Source of the DNA: Adineta vaga
Taxonomy: Eukaryota; Animalia; Rotifera
Length of the DNA stretch: 64,000 bases
Direction: 5' to 3'
Assembly: GCA_021613535.1 (NCBI GenBank)
Contig: CP075493.1
Location: 6,262,001 to 6,326,000, forward strand
The position numbers and the translations under genes were made by a program. Below, one piece after another: positions 52,262 to 64,000 of the stretch. Every line of letters begins with the position of its first letter. The stretch's first letter is position 1. The notes beneath the pieces were generated by a model, which had not been told where the DNA came from, made no database searches, and worked only from the letters and a program-made list of their open reading frames with translations.

Positions 52262-55200
52262 TTAACCAACAATACTCACACCACTATCAGATGAATCACG
52301 TTTTCTTATATACCATGTCGGAAGTGTTGTCGAACGAGCTAGTTGCATGGCTGCAAACCAAAGATCTGTATAAAACGTTGTTTTATTAGCAGAATTCTTC
52401 AAATTTTCATTGAGTGCATCACTTTTTTGATAGGTTATCTGATGATTGACTTCCAGAGAAAATGTATGTGTCTTTGTCGTTTCACGTAAGGTAAATGTTC
52501 GTGTTTCATTATCTAATTGTAATTCAAGTAAATCAGGTAATCTTATTGCATAATCTTCAGCTTGATCAAGTTTAGCTCCATAGACATGTAATTGATAATC
52601 TTCTTGTAAAGCAATCCAGATAACAGTACCAGAATTGTTTGTACGAAAATCACCGAAGAGAACAGTTTCATCAATATCACGTGTTAGTTTTGGCCAAATA
52701 CTCGTATTTTTACTTAGGATTGTCCCAGTAAAATGTGTATAACATGTATCACAAACACGTACTTCACCTTCATTTTTACAATATTCTAAAAGTAATTTCT
52801 TTGTTGAACAAGAACCACATATACAGCGACCACATGAACGACAATGGTGTCGACGGGAGGAGAGTAATGTCTGTGGAAAACGGTTATTGCAGTTTTGACA
52901 ACGAGTTACATCAATGTCATTAACCCAAGCAGGTGCACGAAGTCCAAGTTGTTGTTGACCATCGGAACGTCGACCAGATTGACGAACTGAAATAAAAAAA
53001 ATCAAACTTAGATGCAAATGAAAATCTTTCAATTTCACTTAAAATTTTCATTTCATTTGAAATATGTCTTACTAAATAGGAATAAGACTACACTTTGTAA
53101 ATGAATACGTAGCAGTTAAGTTTCTCTCGCGTGTGTATATTATTAGTAATCTAAATACGTTTCATAGTACATTCAAAAAACAGTGAATATATGTTTATCA
53201 TTAGTAACAATTTATCAACAAACAAAATAGGACAATAAGTCAAATTTCTAAAATTGAGAAATAATTTACGATCATGTCTATTGTTCAACTAGATTTAAAA
53301 TTAGATTCAAATTTAATCTTAGAAACACTTAAATTTACCTTCAATAGTCGTATTTCGTTTGTCAAAATCTTCGCATGCTTGTCGAATTTTCTTAACCCAA
53401 CTATCTCGATCGGATTCTTTATCCGTTAAGAATTCATAAGATTTCTCTACAGCATTAACACGAAATGGATAATAAGTAATTCCTGTCAATTGTTGATCGA
53501 GATTTGGTACTATTGATGTTCGTCCACCTTGAATAACATCAACCGTCATCCTTTTCATAGATAATTCTCGATTGATATCAAGTTTACGTCCTGATTCTTC
53601 CGTACAAACAAGTATACAATCCGAAAAAAGGATCAGATAACGTGAAGCTATATCTGCATGTCGACGTGGTGATTGTTTTTTTAATGAACCATGCCAGAGA
53701 AGTTTACGATGTTCTTTAATACATTCAAATTTATTTTCGAGACGTTCTTTTAATTCATTAAGTTGAACAGAAGATACAACTAATTCTTCTTCACAACGAA
53801 CAGCTATTCGATCAAGTTCATCATGAATAAAACGAGTATATTTATAATCATTGGAATTTTCACCAAGATATTTCATATATGTCTTTAAACAAAGAATATA
53901 ACTAAAATGAAATTGTAAAAACATAATATAAATAATCTGATAAATTGATCTTACCGAAGTAAACGTTGATTAGGACAATTAAGTTGAGTAATTGGATATA
54001 AATTTCCAAGATGAACTTGACATTTGAGCATTGCTTCATTAATTGAAGAAGATGTACGACATAAATCATCGATTTTACCTTGTGTATCATAATACGTTAC
54101 ATAATAATGTTTATATAATACTTCAATCACTTTGAAATTCTTTTCCATTACTGACCACATATTACCGACACGATGTTCAGTAATATAATCTTCCATTTCA
54201 GGTAAAATAAGTTCATTATGAAGTTTATATATTTGTTGAATTGTTCCAAGTAATGGTTTATATGTATTATTAAATTTCAATATTGTCTCATCATCTTTAT
54301 CACATGTATTTTTCACTTCAGCAGAAAGTTTTACTGATAGAACATAAAGAATATTTACATAGGTTCTTTCAGTGGTATGAACCTCTTCTATACATTTACG
54401 AAGTTTAACTTTCTAGAATTGAATTAAAATTTCCTAAGATTTAAAAGATGTTGAAAAATAAAAACAACATACTTGAGCATCATACTCAGCTTCTTCATCC
54501 GAAAATGAACTATTTGATGATGTACGATGGCTTAGATTTTGATTGGACGAAATACTAGAATCACCTGTTGTACTCTCAGCTGGATCAAACGATGGCATGG
54601 AAGGCCAAGTATTTATTTGTAATTTTATAAATTTTTCTGGACGAGGTGCTGGACGTGGTGGAGGTTGATGAGGGTTTTGTGTAAGAATAGGTGTTGATAG
54701 TTTATCTATCGGTACATTATCAGGTTTACATGACGGCGGAAGATAGAAATGTTGTTGTTGAGGTTTTTCAAAAAATGCACGCATCTAAGAAAGAGAGAAT
54801 AGAGAAATTTTCAATCGATTAGCTTTCATCTATTTTTTAAAATGAGTTGTTCAATTAAATTCTGACCTTCGTACTCAAAGTATGGTGTAATTCAGAATAA
54901 CTTTCATTGCGTATCTCTTATCAATAAGATTCAGTCGGGAATTAATAAAGTATGAGACTTGTTATCATTAATGTGTTCTATTTTTGTCCAATATGGCTAT
55001 TCTTGAAAATTATAAATAGAAAACCTGTATAAACAGTAGGAATCTGTCTATGCAATCAATTATGAAGTAGTTCTTTCATATTATATTAGTTACCATTCGA
55101 ATCACACTTATTCCTCTCGAGGACAAAAGAACGAAGTATAAAAATAAGTAAAGAGCATATTTTTTAAGGTCTTTATCGTCATTGGTAGAAGTATTAATCG

Positions 55201-56142
55201 ATATATCGCTTGATGATTCAATTCATGTAAATCTTTTCCTAATCATAATTCTACAACGTCAAATACACAATGAAATTATCAGCGAATAACTTTTTTCAAT
55301 TATTCTTTGAAATGCGTATTTAAAAATGATTGAAATTCAAAGTATTTACTTTTTGTACTGATTCTTGTTTTTCATTAGAATTATTTTCTGATATTGATAA
55401 TGAATTATTGGATGCCGATATTGATAATGAATTATTCGATGCCGATATTGATAATGAATTATTGGATGCAGATATTGATGATGTTGTCTTTTCACGCTCT
55501 TCTATTGACGATGAATTCACGTCGTTATTGATAACCTTCTTCATGGATAGAACGAAAGCTTTTTGTACTGCTGAACTATTTGTCGAATGTCGTGGTGGAA
55601 CGGGTGGAGGTGATGTTGATTTCGATTTTTCAAAACCATCAAATGTGAAAATTAACGATTTAGTATTTGGAGCTGTTGTTGGTTGATTGTCCTCTGTCGA
55701 CAAGGCTAAAAGAAAATTTCAAGGTCAATGATTCTTCGAAAATGAGTTAGAGAAAATATGTTTACTATTATTCAATGCCGATGAAGCAGGAGACAAAAAA
55801 GAAGCATGATTTTTCTGAAAATGTGATGGAAATACGGCTGGAATTGAAGTTTTTCTACCGGAATTATATGGTAAAGATTTTTCTTCTGGTTTAAGATTTT
55901 CAAATTGTTTTCGAATTTCTTTAACATCGAGTTTTTGAGAAGATTGTGAATTAGTTGTTTCATCATTCAGTGATCTATATCAATTATAGTAAAGACATAT
56001 TTAATAAAACTTGAATGAAATCTTACTTTTGGTCAGAATCTAGATCAGTACTGACTGAATTCGATCGGGATCTTTTCCAAGATGGTATAGGACCAGATTT
56101 ACTAAAACCATTAGGAGGCGTTTCGTGCCGTCGTGTAGCCAT
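52262..56142 (-). CDS. FGD-like RhoGEF (DH-PH-FYVE-PH)
   Basis: DH EEVHTTERTY..PNQRLLR; PH RYLILFSDCILVC; FYVE LGLRAPAWVND..CQNC..RRHHCRSCGRCICGSCS..RVCDTC; second PH domain. Confidence 0.88.
55390..55479 (-). repeat. 27-nt coding minisatellite, about 3.3 copies, encoding SISASNNSL
   Basis: gatattgataatgaattattggatgcc repeated in tandem within an FGD exon. Confidence 0.9.
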
Positions 56143-56669
56143 CAAAAAAAAAGAAAAAAAAGCGTTATAATCGTGATAAAAATAATACAGCAAGAAATGA
56201 GTAGTTTCATTTTTTTCTCTTTTTCTCCCTGATGAATCATCGATATGACTATGAATTGAATGACTCATTTCGAAGAAACACTAGTTTATTGGTAAACACA
56301 GAATGTTAAGGTTCAAAAGTGAGTTAATTATATCACGACTTGTTAGAAAGAAAAACATGTTAGTTTTATCAGTTATATGCTCGTCAAAAAGTTATCTCGA
56401 GATAGTCTATCGATATGGCTGTTGTTACCTTCTCTTCATCTCATTCTCATTCAAGTAGTGTATTTTAAAGTGAAAGAACTCACGTCATTCCCTTTTTTTT
56501 CTCTATCAGGTAAACCTGGACGAAAACAAAACACGAAGAAAAACGAGAGACAGATTTTTATTCACTCGACATTTTTTTTTCACCATACAAAAAAGAAAAC
56601 AAAAAAAATTACATTGATTTGGCAAGTGTGTATGTATTTTTCTCTCTGTTACTCAACAAATATTCATCT

Positions 56670-58485
56670 TCAATGAAAAATCGAAAATGAATTTTGTTTA
56701 TCTGTTGATGTTTGTTGTTGATTATGTTCACGTGATTGTAATTGACGAAGATATTCATCATACTCACGAACTAATTGTTGATATTTATCATGAATAAATG
56801 TTGAATGATCCTGTGATGGTTTAAGTGAATGGGATAAATATTTACTAACAAGATTTGTACCATTTGGTTTATGTAGGACATGTTTAAGTAATATTAACCC
56901 ATAATATAACACAAATTCATGTCCTTGTGCTTGTAAAACAAAAAATCTATCTAATAAAATTCCAATATAATGTATTTGTTCAACAGATTGTCGAACAAAA
57001 TAAACTAATTGATGTAAAAATAATTTATCTCCTGAACCATTTTCTACAAGTTCATTTAAATAAGGTATTAATTGTGTTGCTAACCAAAATTGTTTTTGAT
57101 GATAAATTTCAATAATAAAACGAAGAAATAATTGACACGCTAAACGATTAGTTATCATATATTGCACGAATTCCGTTTGCGGTAAGACAAGTTTCAATGT
57201 TGATGATGATGATGTATCTGTATTTAAACGATTTTCAACAATTAAACGAATAAGAAATGGTAAATAATTTGTTAATAATTTCGAATCAATTGGATCATGA
57301 TAGGACATAGCACCATCGAGAACATCCCAAGCACATAAACCCATGTTTAATAATTTCAATAGAAATTGTAATTCTTTATTTGATCGTGGCAATGGAATTT
57401 CATCATCAACCTAGAGGAGAAAGTTTTACACTTTATTCTTTATTCTTTATTATTTACTTTCTCTTTCAGTCAATAGATCTAACCTGTTTATGTAATGATA
57501 AAATACACGATTTGGCTAATATTGAAATAACATTAGGATCCGCAAGTACGAATGGAATATATTTATTGATAATGTCTGTATCTCGTACATTTGCGTCTAG
57601 AAATTGTTCGATTTCTCGTTGTTTTTTCACATCTAATTTTCTTTCTTTCAATGCAGCATCAAGTGTCCAAACAAATATATGAATTGAATCCGATTTTGAC
57701 ACACTATTATTTTCTAAATCATGAAATGCCATTAATAATAATAAACGTAAGGATGAATAATGCACAATTTTTGTTCGTTGAAATAATTTTTGTAGACTAG
57801 CTCGAACAATATCATAGAGTTTGATATTTGTTCCTATCATTTGTAGAAGTGATTGAATTGTTGGTGAAGTTTGTCGACGTTGTTTAGGTAATTGAAGAAA
57901 ATAATTTTGATCACATTGTAGTAATTGTTCTTCGACATTGGCTAAATATTGCGAGATTATAGGTTGAAGTTCTTTTTGAAATAATGTTGGATTATCTATC
58001 CAAATTAAACGTTTTAATTCAATTGGAGCTCGTGAATAAATTTGTTCATGTTCAACGATATATTTCACATATCTATAGAGAATTAAGAAAATAATCAAAC
58101 TATATTTGATTACAATCTTGAACAAGAATAAACTAACTTACCTATCAGGTATCCTTGGCATGTGTTTAACAATTTCCATGACAATGGGTGTGACATGTGT
58201 TAAATTAATCACACTAAAACTTTTTTCTAATAAAACTTCTAATTGTTTTTTATCACCATGCTGTGCTAATTCTTGTATTCGTTTAATTAATCTATCTTTC
58301 ATATCATCAAGAACAGCTAGATGAAAATCTAATCGTTTTACGCCTAATAAATCTAGTAATGGTAATGCTGGTCGAATTTGTGCAAGAGCAATACCATTTT
58401 CATCTTGAATATCTTTTATAGCACGAAATGGATCTTCACAATTGGTTAAAGTTGTTTTAAGATCTTCTTTAAAATTAATATTCAT
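56670..58485 (-). CDS. NELFB: Negative elongation factor B (COBRA1)
   Basis: LTNCEDPFRAIKDIQDENGI..PALPLLDLLGVKRLDFH; LEKSF; LKRLIW; PKQRRQ; HYSSLRLLLLMAFHD; FVWTLDA; LADP; PRSNKELQFLLKLL. Confidence 0.92.
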
Positions 58486-58587
58486 CTAGAAAATATTTTC
58501 AGAAAACAACGACAATTGACAACAAAAAATGGCACAATGAAAACACAAAAGAAAAGTGCGAGAAAAAAAAAGATTGAAATCAATGAG

Positions 58588-59165
58588 TTAATTTAATAAG
58601 TTACGCGTTGTTTGAATATCGGATTCAGTTTTAATCATTGATTCATGATTTTGAGTATATAAACTTGTATCTTTAACACGTTCGAGTAAACGTACTAGAA
58701 TGAAATATTCACAGAGAGAGAGAGACAGAGATATGAAGTATCTTTTCTTTTTTATTCTTACTTTGAAAATCTAAAATTGCATTTTGTCGTTTAAGTTCTT
58801 CAATCGTTTTTTGATGTTGTTGATTTTTTGCTTTTGATGTATGAATATGATCCGTAGCAGATTTTAGAACATGAGCACGTGAAGCCTGAAATAATTGATT
58901 CAAGAATTTTATTTTTAGCTGAAACTAGAATTTAAAAAACCTTCTTTTTTTTCCTTACCTTTTCACCTTTGATAAATGGAATAACATCTCGTAAATCATT
59001 GAAACTACCTTTGATATGATCACGTCGTTTACGTTCTAAAGCATTATGATGTGCACGTTTTTCCGCTTGATTTTGACCATTATGTGACATTGTTGAAGTC
59101 ATTTCAACATCATCCATAACAACATTATTATCAGTGAAATGATCAAGATCAAGATCTAAGGACAT
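58588..59165 (-). CDS. MAX: MAX bHLH-ZIP transcription factor
   Basis: [29 protein letters not shown]|[28 protein letters not shown]|IRLLE; three coding exons. Confidence 0.93.
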
Positions 59166-59697
59166 ATTATCTAGAAAAGAAAAAACAATCGAATCAACAA
59201 ATTTCATGTTCTTTTGTTTACGATTAATGATTGATATGCATTAGGTTAGTTTAGTGATTTGCATTATCAATACTTTTAAATAATATTTCGATGGGTAAGA
59301 GAACAAAACATCTAAACTTTATGACTCATCGACGTTGTCTGTCAAGTATACTGGAGAGAAAAAAAATGTAGAAACGACATCTATCGAAAACTTATCTACA
59401 AAATTTGACCATAAAAATTGTCGAAAAATGTTACATTGATGTTTAGAATAAATAATCGTAGATTTTGATTGGTTAAATTATCTCAGTTAAAAAAATATAC
59501 ATACAATAAATCTAACCAAACCAACATTCATCATCACATGTAAGCTATCTACCTGTCGTTTGTCTGTCTATTGTGCTTTTCTTTGCCTTCGTTCTTGCAC
59601 AACCTTGTTTTTACTTGAGAGCTTTATTTTATTGTAGATTTTTGTTACGAAATCAAAACGAAATGTTTCAAATATTTTCCGATCATTTCATTTGGCC

Positions 59698-62148
59698 ATG
59701 CGGATGAATCAACAATATCCAACAAGACAAAATGGCTTTCCAGCCAGACAAAAATATAATAATAAAAATAATGACCAACAACGTCATCAACATCAACAAC
59801 AAGCAGCACCGAAACAAGAATTTAAACCGGTTGCTATATTAAAACGTGGCGATCCATCAGGAACCACCGTTGTTAATAAAGATGAAAGTCAATCGAAAGA
59901 GAACATTTCAGCAAATGGACAACAAACAAAACCAATAAGTTATAGAGTATATATCATTTTTTCGTTTCTACTTTTTACATCAGTATCATCCAAATCTGAT
60001 CATTGGAAATAAGATTTGATTGATTTCATAGGAAAATAGTTCCTTGACATGATCTTGAATGTTGAAAACTTGCTAGAACTAAACTAACTAAACTTAGAAA
60101 CTGATGTTTGCAAAAAAAAGAAAGATTCTTTTCACGTTGTAAATATATTGATTCTATTGAAAATTTCTCATTTTAAATAAGTTTTAATCTATAATAATTT
60201 CTTAAACAGTTGATCACACAACAGCAACAACAACAACCACAACCTTCGATACCCATAATTTTATCTTCAACAAAACCTCAATCAAATGCTTCACCTCCAG
60301 TAGGAAGTCCTTCAATATCTACACCTGCACCTCCGACACCTTCAGCAGTTCCAGTAACAACACCTACAGCTATAAATTCCGTTAATGTTCCATCAACTCC
60401 TTCGCTTCCACCTGTTGTTCATCGACCAAGTGGACCAATAAATTTAACACGTTCAACTTCTACACTGGCATCTCCATCATTAACTCAAGTACAACATGAT
60501 CAACATATTCAATCGATTAATACTCGTTTATTGTCATCTTCAATGACAATGAAATCGTCATTAAAATTAATCGATGATTCTTTAACATGGTGTGAAAATG
60601 GACAATTAAATAATTACTTACAAGATTCTGATGGTTTCGTTGTTATTGGCGCTATTGGAAGAGAAAAAGTCGGTAAATCAACATTACTTTCATTATTAGG
60701 TGGAAATCAATTCATTGATGAAGATCGTTTAATGATATTTCCTGCTGCATCATCGAATTCACAAAAAATTACACGTGGTATTGATGTTTACATCACCAAT
60801 GAACAAACAATTCTTTTAGATACTCAACCATTATTAAGTTCTCAATTACATCAACAACAAATTTTACAATCTTCGAATGATTATCATCATTCTCAACAGC
60901 AACAACAACAACAACAACAATCATTAGCAATACCACATTATTGGCAACAACAAAATGATCCTCGATCAATGTTCATTGATAATATATTAGAATTACAAAC
61001 ATTAGAAATTATTGCTTTTATATTAGCTGTCTGCCATGTTGTTCTCATTGTTGAAGATCAATTTGCCGATCCATATTTATATCGTTTATTACAATTAGCA
61101 GAAATCTTACGACCAGTTTTAAAACGTAATTCTAATGAAATTATTCGTACACATTCACCACATATTGTTTTCATATTAAATAAATGTAATAATTATATTT
61201 CACCTCAAGAACGTTTATTAATCAAACGTTCATTAGTACAAATGATGATGGATACACATTTTCGAATCTATTCATCATTAAAACAAACCAATAAAATTAA
61301 GATACAAACAAATTTAAAACATATTGTTTCGGATTTCAAACAACAAGAATTAAATGAAAATCTATTAGTGAAATTATTACAACAGATGAAAATCAATGAA
61401 AATAATGATGAAGATTTTGATGAAATAAATAAAGTAAATAAATCATTCAAGTCTTTTTTTTCTTTCGAATAGAAAATTTTATATCTATCTTATGACATCT
61501 ATTATAAGAGTTTATAACGTTAAAGATATAATCGACAAATAGATTCTTCATCTCCGAGAACTTTTTTCCGTACTCGAACGTAGCTTTTGTAAACATTGTC
61601 TGTTAGATTTCTTAGAAATATTTTACTTTCATCTATCGTTCTCATTAGAAGAATATCACATTGTTCAGCGTAAATATTTGATCGTAGTATAGTTTTTGTC
61701 TCTAATTCATGATTATTTTATTTTAGGAAAGTGATCTGAGCAATGATCCTGACGATAATTTCGATGAGAAACGTAAGTCAAACTTGTCGATAACTTTTAA
61801 ATAGATAATGTATTTTGTTTGTAGATATAAATTACGATCATGTGAATACAATATTTATTCCACGTCGCGATTTTCGAGATTCTCATTCATCTCATTGGCA
61901 ATCACGTTTTCTTGGTTTTTCAAATGCTGATTCGATTGTTCGACAACTTCGACAACAATTACTTGCTATTGATCGTCCTCATATTGAACAATGTCAAACT
62001 CAACGTGCTTGGTTAACACATGCATCTCGTGTATGGGATATGATAACGAAATCGAGTCAGGTAGAAAAGAATGATTTCAATTTGATTTCTATATATGAAA
62101 TTCTTCGGATTTGTTTAGTTGGCTGATTTTAGTCGTTTATTAACATGA
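59698..62148 (+). CDS. SMG9: SMG9 nonsense-mediated decay factor
   Basis: KPVAILKR; VIGAIGREKVGKSTLLSLL; TRGIDVYIT..ILLDTQPLLS; ELQTLEIIAFILAVCHVVLIVED; AWLTHASRVWDMITKSSQ|LADFSRLLT*. Confidence 0.9.
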
Positions 62149-64000
62149 AATCATTGAAAATCAATGTCCATTCATAAGGACAACTATGGTAAATGAGCAA
62201 TATTAATAAAACAATCTGCATGGCAAATGATTGCTGACCGAGCAAAATAAAATCAAAAACAAAAATCGGCATGCACGTGCATGATGAGAAAGAAAATATT
62301 ATCAAAATCTATCATTGAAATGACCTTCAAGAAGATAATTCGACAAAAAATACTCCAAAATATAAAATAGTCTTCTAATACAAGACTATTATTCTTTGTC
62401 ATGGTCATTAATTCTTTTTTTCTCTTTTCTTTGATATTTTGCTTCTCTTCTCTCTGTTCTTTCGTTTTTGATCTTAACATATTTTTCCTTCTCTCTGGAT
62501 TGACGAGTTTGTTTCCACATACGTTTATTTTTTGGGTTTCTTCATCAAATCATATTGAAAGAAAAAACAACATATACAAAGATTAAAATAACTATATTAC
62601 TTTATATTTGTTCTCTCTCTCTCCTTTTCTTTTCTTTTCTTTTCTCCATGTATTCAAGTGTGCACGTATTATTTACTTATTTGTTATTATTCATCATATT
62701 TGTTTTCTTTACAGTTTCTTTTTCTCCTTTTGATTCGATATATCTATGCTTATGCTCGGTTTGTTTGTTTGATCTAATAAAGAAACAGAAAAAAAAAGTT
62801 GCGCTAAATTCGACTTCGTGATAATAAGAGCAATGATATATTGGTATTAAATGTCATCAACGTAATATTGACTCATTCAATATATGATCATAACATTTCG
62901 AATGTTTTTTATCCTCTTCCCAGGTTTCCAATTAGCTCTTACATATGGTCTCAAACAAATATGTTGATAGAAAGATTAGTGTTTAATCAAAAAACTTGAA
63001 TCGGTTTCGTATGAAAATCTGATTCGACGAATGAGAATATGTTTTGATAACTTCATCAATGAATATAACATCTGTAGTTTTAAGAGAATTTATCGATGAT
63101 GAGAAAATCCTTTTTCCTAATCGTAGAAAATGTTTTACCCATAGATTCGTCTATATCAAAACAAAAGAACAGGAAGTTTGAGAGATAGTAACATGTTTAG
63201 CTAAGAGATATCGTATTATTCTATTATCCGTCGACACCCAGTCAATAGAAGATCCCACTAACGAGTTATCGTTTCCTGATATATTTTTTTGTTCTTTATC
63301 AAAAATATAATAATATATAACTACTACTACCACCACCACCCACACATTGTAGTCTTCAGTGGCAACAAATCTTCTTGATTGATTGTTTCTTTTGCTAATA
63401 CATCAGTTACAATACAATGAATTCAATTAATAGAAACAAATTATCTCTAACTAAATTTTCAATGAATAGAAATTAATAATTGATAGAAGACCTTTTCTTA
63501 ATCTTGCTAATATAAACTAATTAATGAAAAAAATGAATCAATATATTCATGAAAAATCAATGTCATAGACTCGAAGTAGAAATTGATCGATTAGATTGAT
63601 GATACTCTAGTGTGTGTAAAACAAGCTTGCTGTTGATGTCAATCAGAAACCAAATACCAGTATGGATAATTGAAAAGAATAAGAGAAAAACTGAAGACAT
63701 ATAAGCTTTATAATCGAATGAGACAAAACCGATTTTCTTCGTTTTTCTCTCTTTCTCATAAATACACACATGTCCTATACTGTTTTTATGTCCTTGTATT
63801 GACAATCATATTATCTATTTAGATAAAAATTTATTTGAATTTTTGATAGTTTTTTTTCTCTTTCTTTCTCACTATCACTCTCTCTCTCTCTCTTTCTCTC
63901 TCTTTCGCTTCCGTAAATGAACCGAGAAGGTAGAAAAAAACACGATTGCTGACATTGATTGAATTTCCGTTTGTGATAGAAGAGAGAAGGAACAGAATAA

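Noticed and set aside
55330-55686. Plus-strand 118-aa ORF with DIDNELLDA repeats
   Set aside because: Antisense shadow of the FGD exon minisatellite
62253-64000. Short ORFs at the right end
   Set aside because: AT-rich UTR or intergenic sequence with no recognisable domain or exon chain

Overview
AT-rich, gene-dense animal genomic DNA with many 45-70 nt GT-AG introns. The intron sizes, compact spacing, a rotifer-type EF-hand/proline-rich gene and intronless foreign-looking genes suggest a rotifer, probably bdelloid (inference). About 25 protein-coding genes can be read. Conserved genes: ACSL (3' end), RGS17/19/20-type, MCM6, Ku70, PNP, ANO8-like, RNF216-like RBR ligase, FGD-like RhoGEF, NELF-B, MAX and SMG9. 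Divergent or orphan genes: a TALE homeobox gene, a Ski/Sno-like gene, and LisH, coiled-coil, CFAP97-domain and MYPT-C-like genes. Main highlights: (1) an intronless fungal/bacterial-type lipocalin-like gene nested on the same strand in an RNF216 intron, followed closely by an intronless bacterial-type Mpo1/DUF962 gene in an operon-like run; (2) three tandem atypical-ankyrin + U-box E3 ligase paralogues with different intron patterns; (3) a 5-nt microexon needed to make PNP; (4) an alternative RGS first exon without the cysteine string. Exon boundaries were read by eye and family calls come from recalled motifs, not database searches. No rRNA, tRNA, CRISPR array or intact transposon was recognised.
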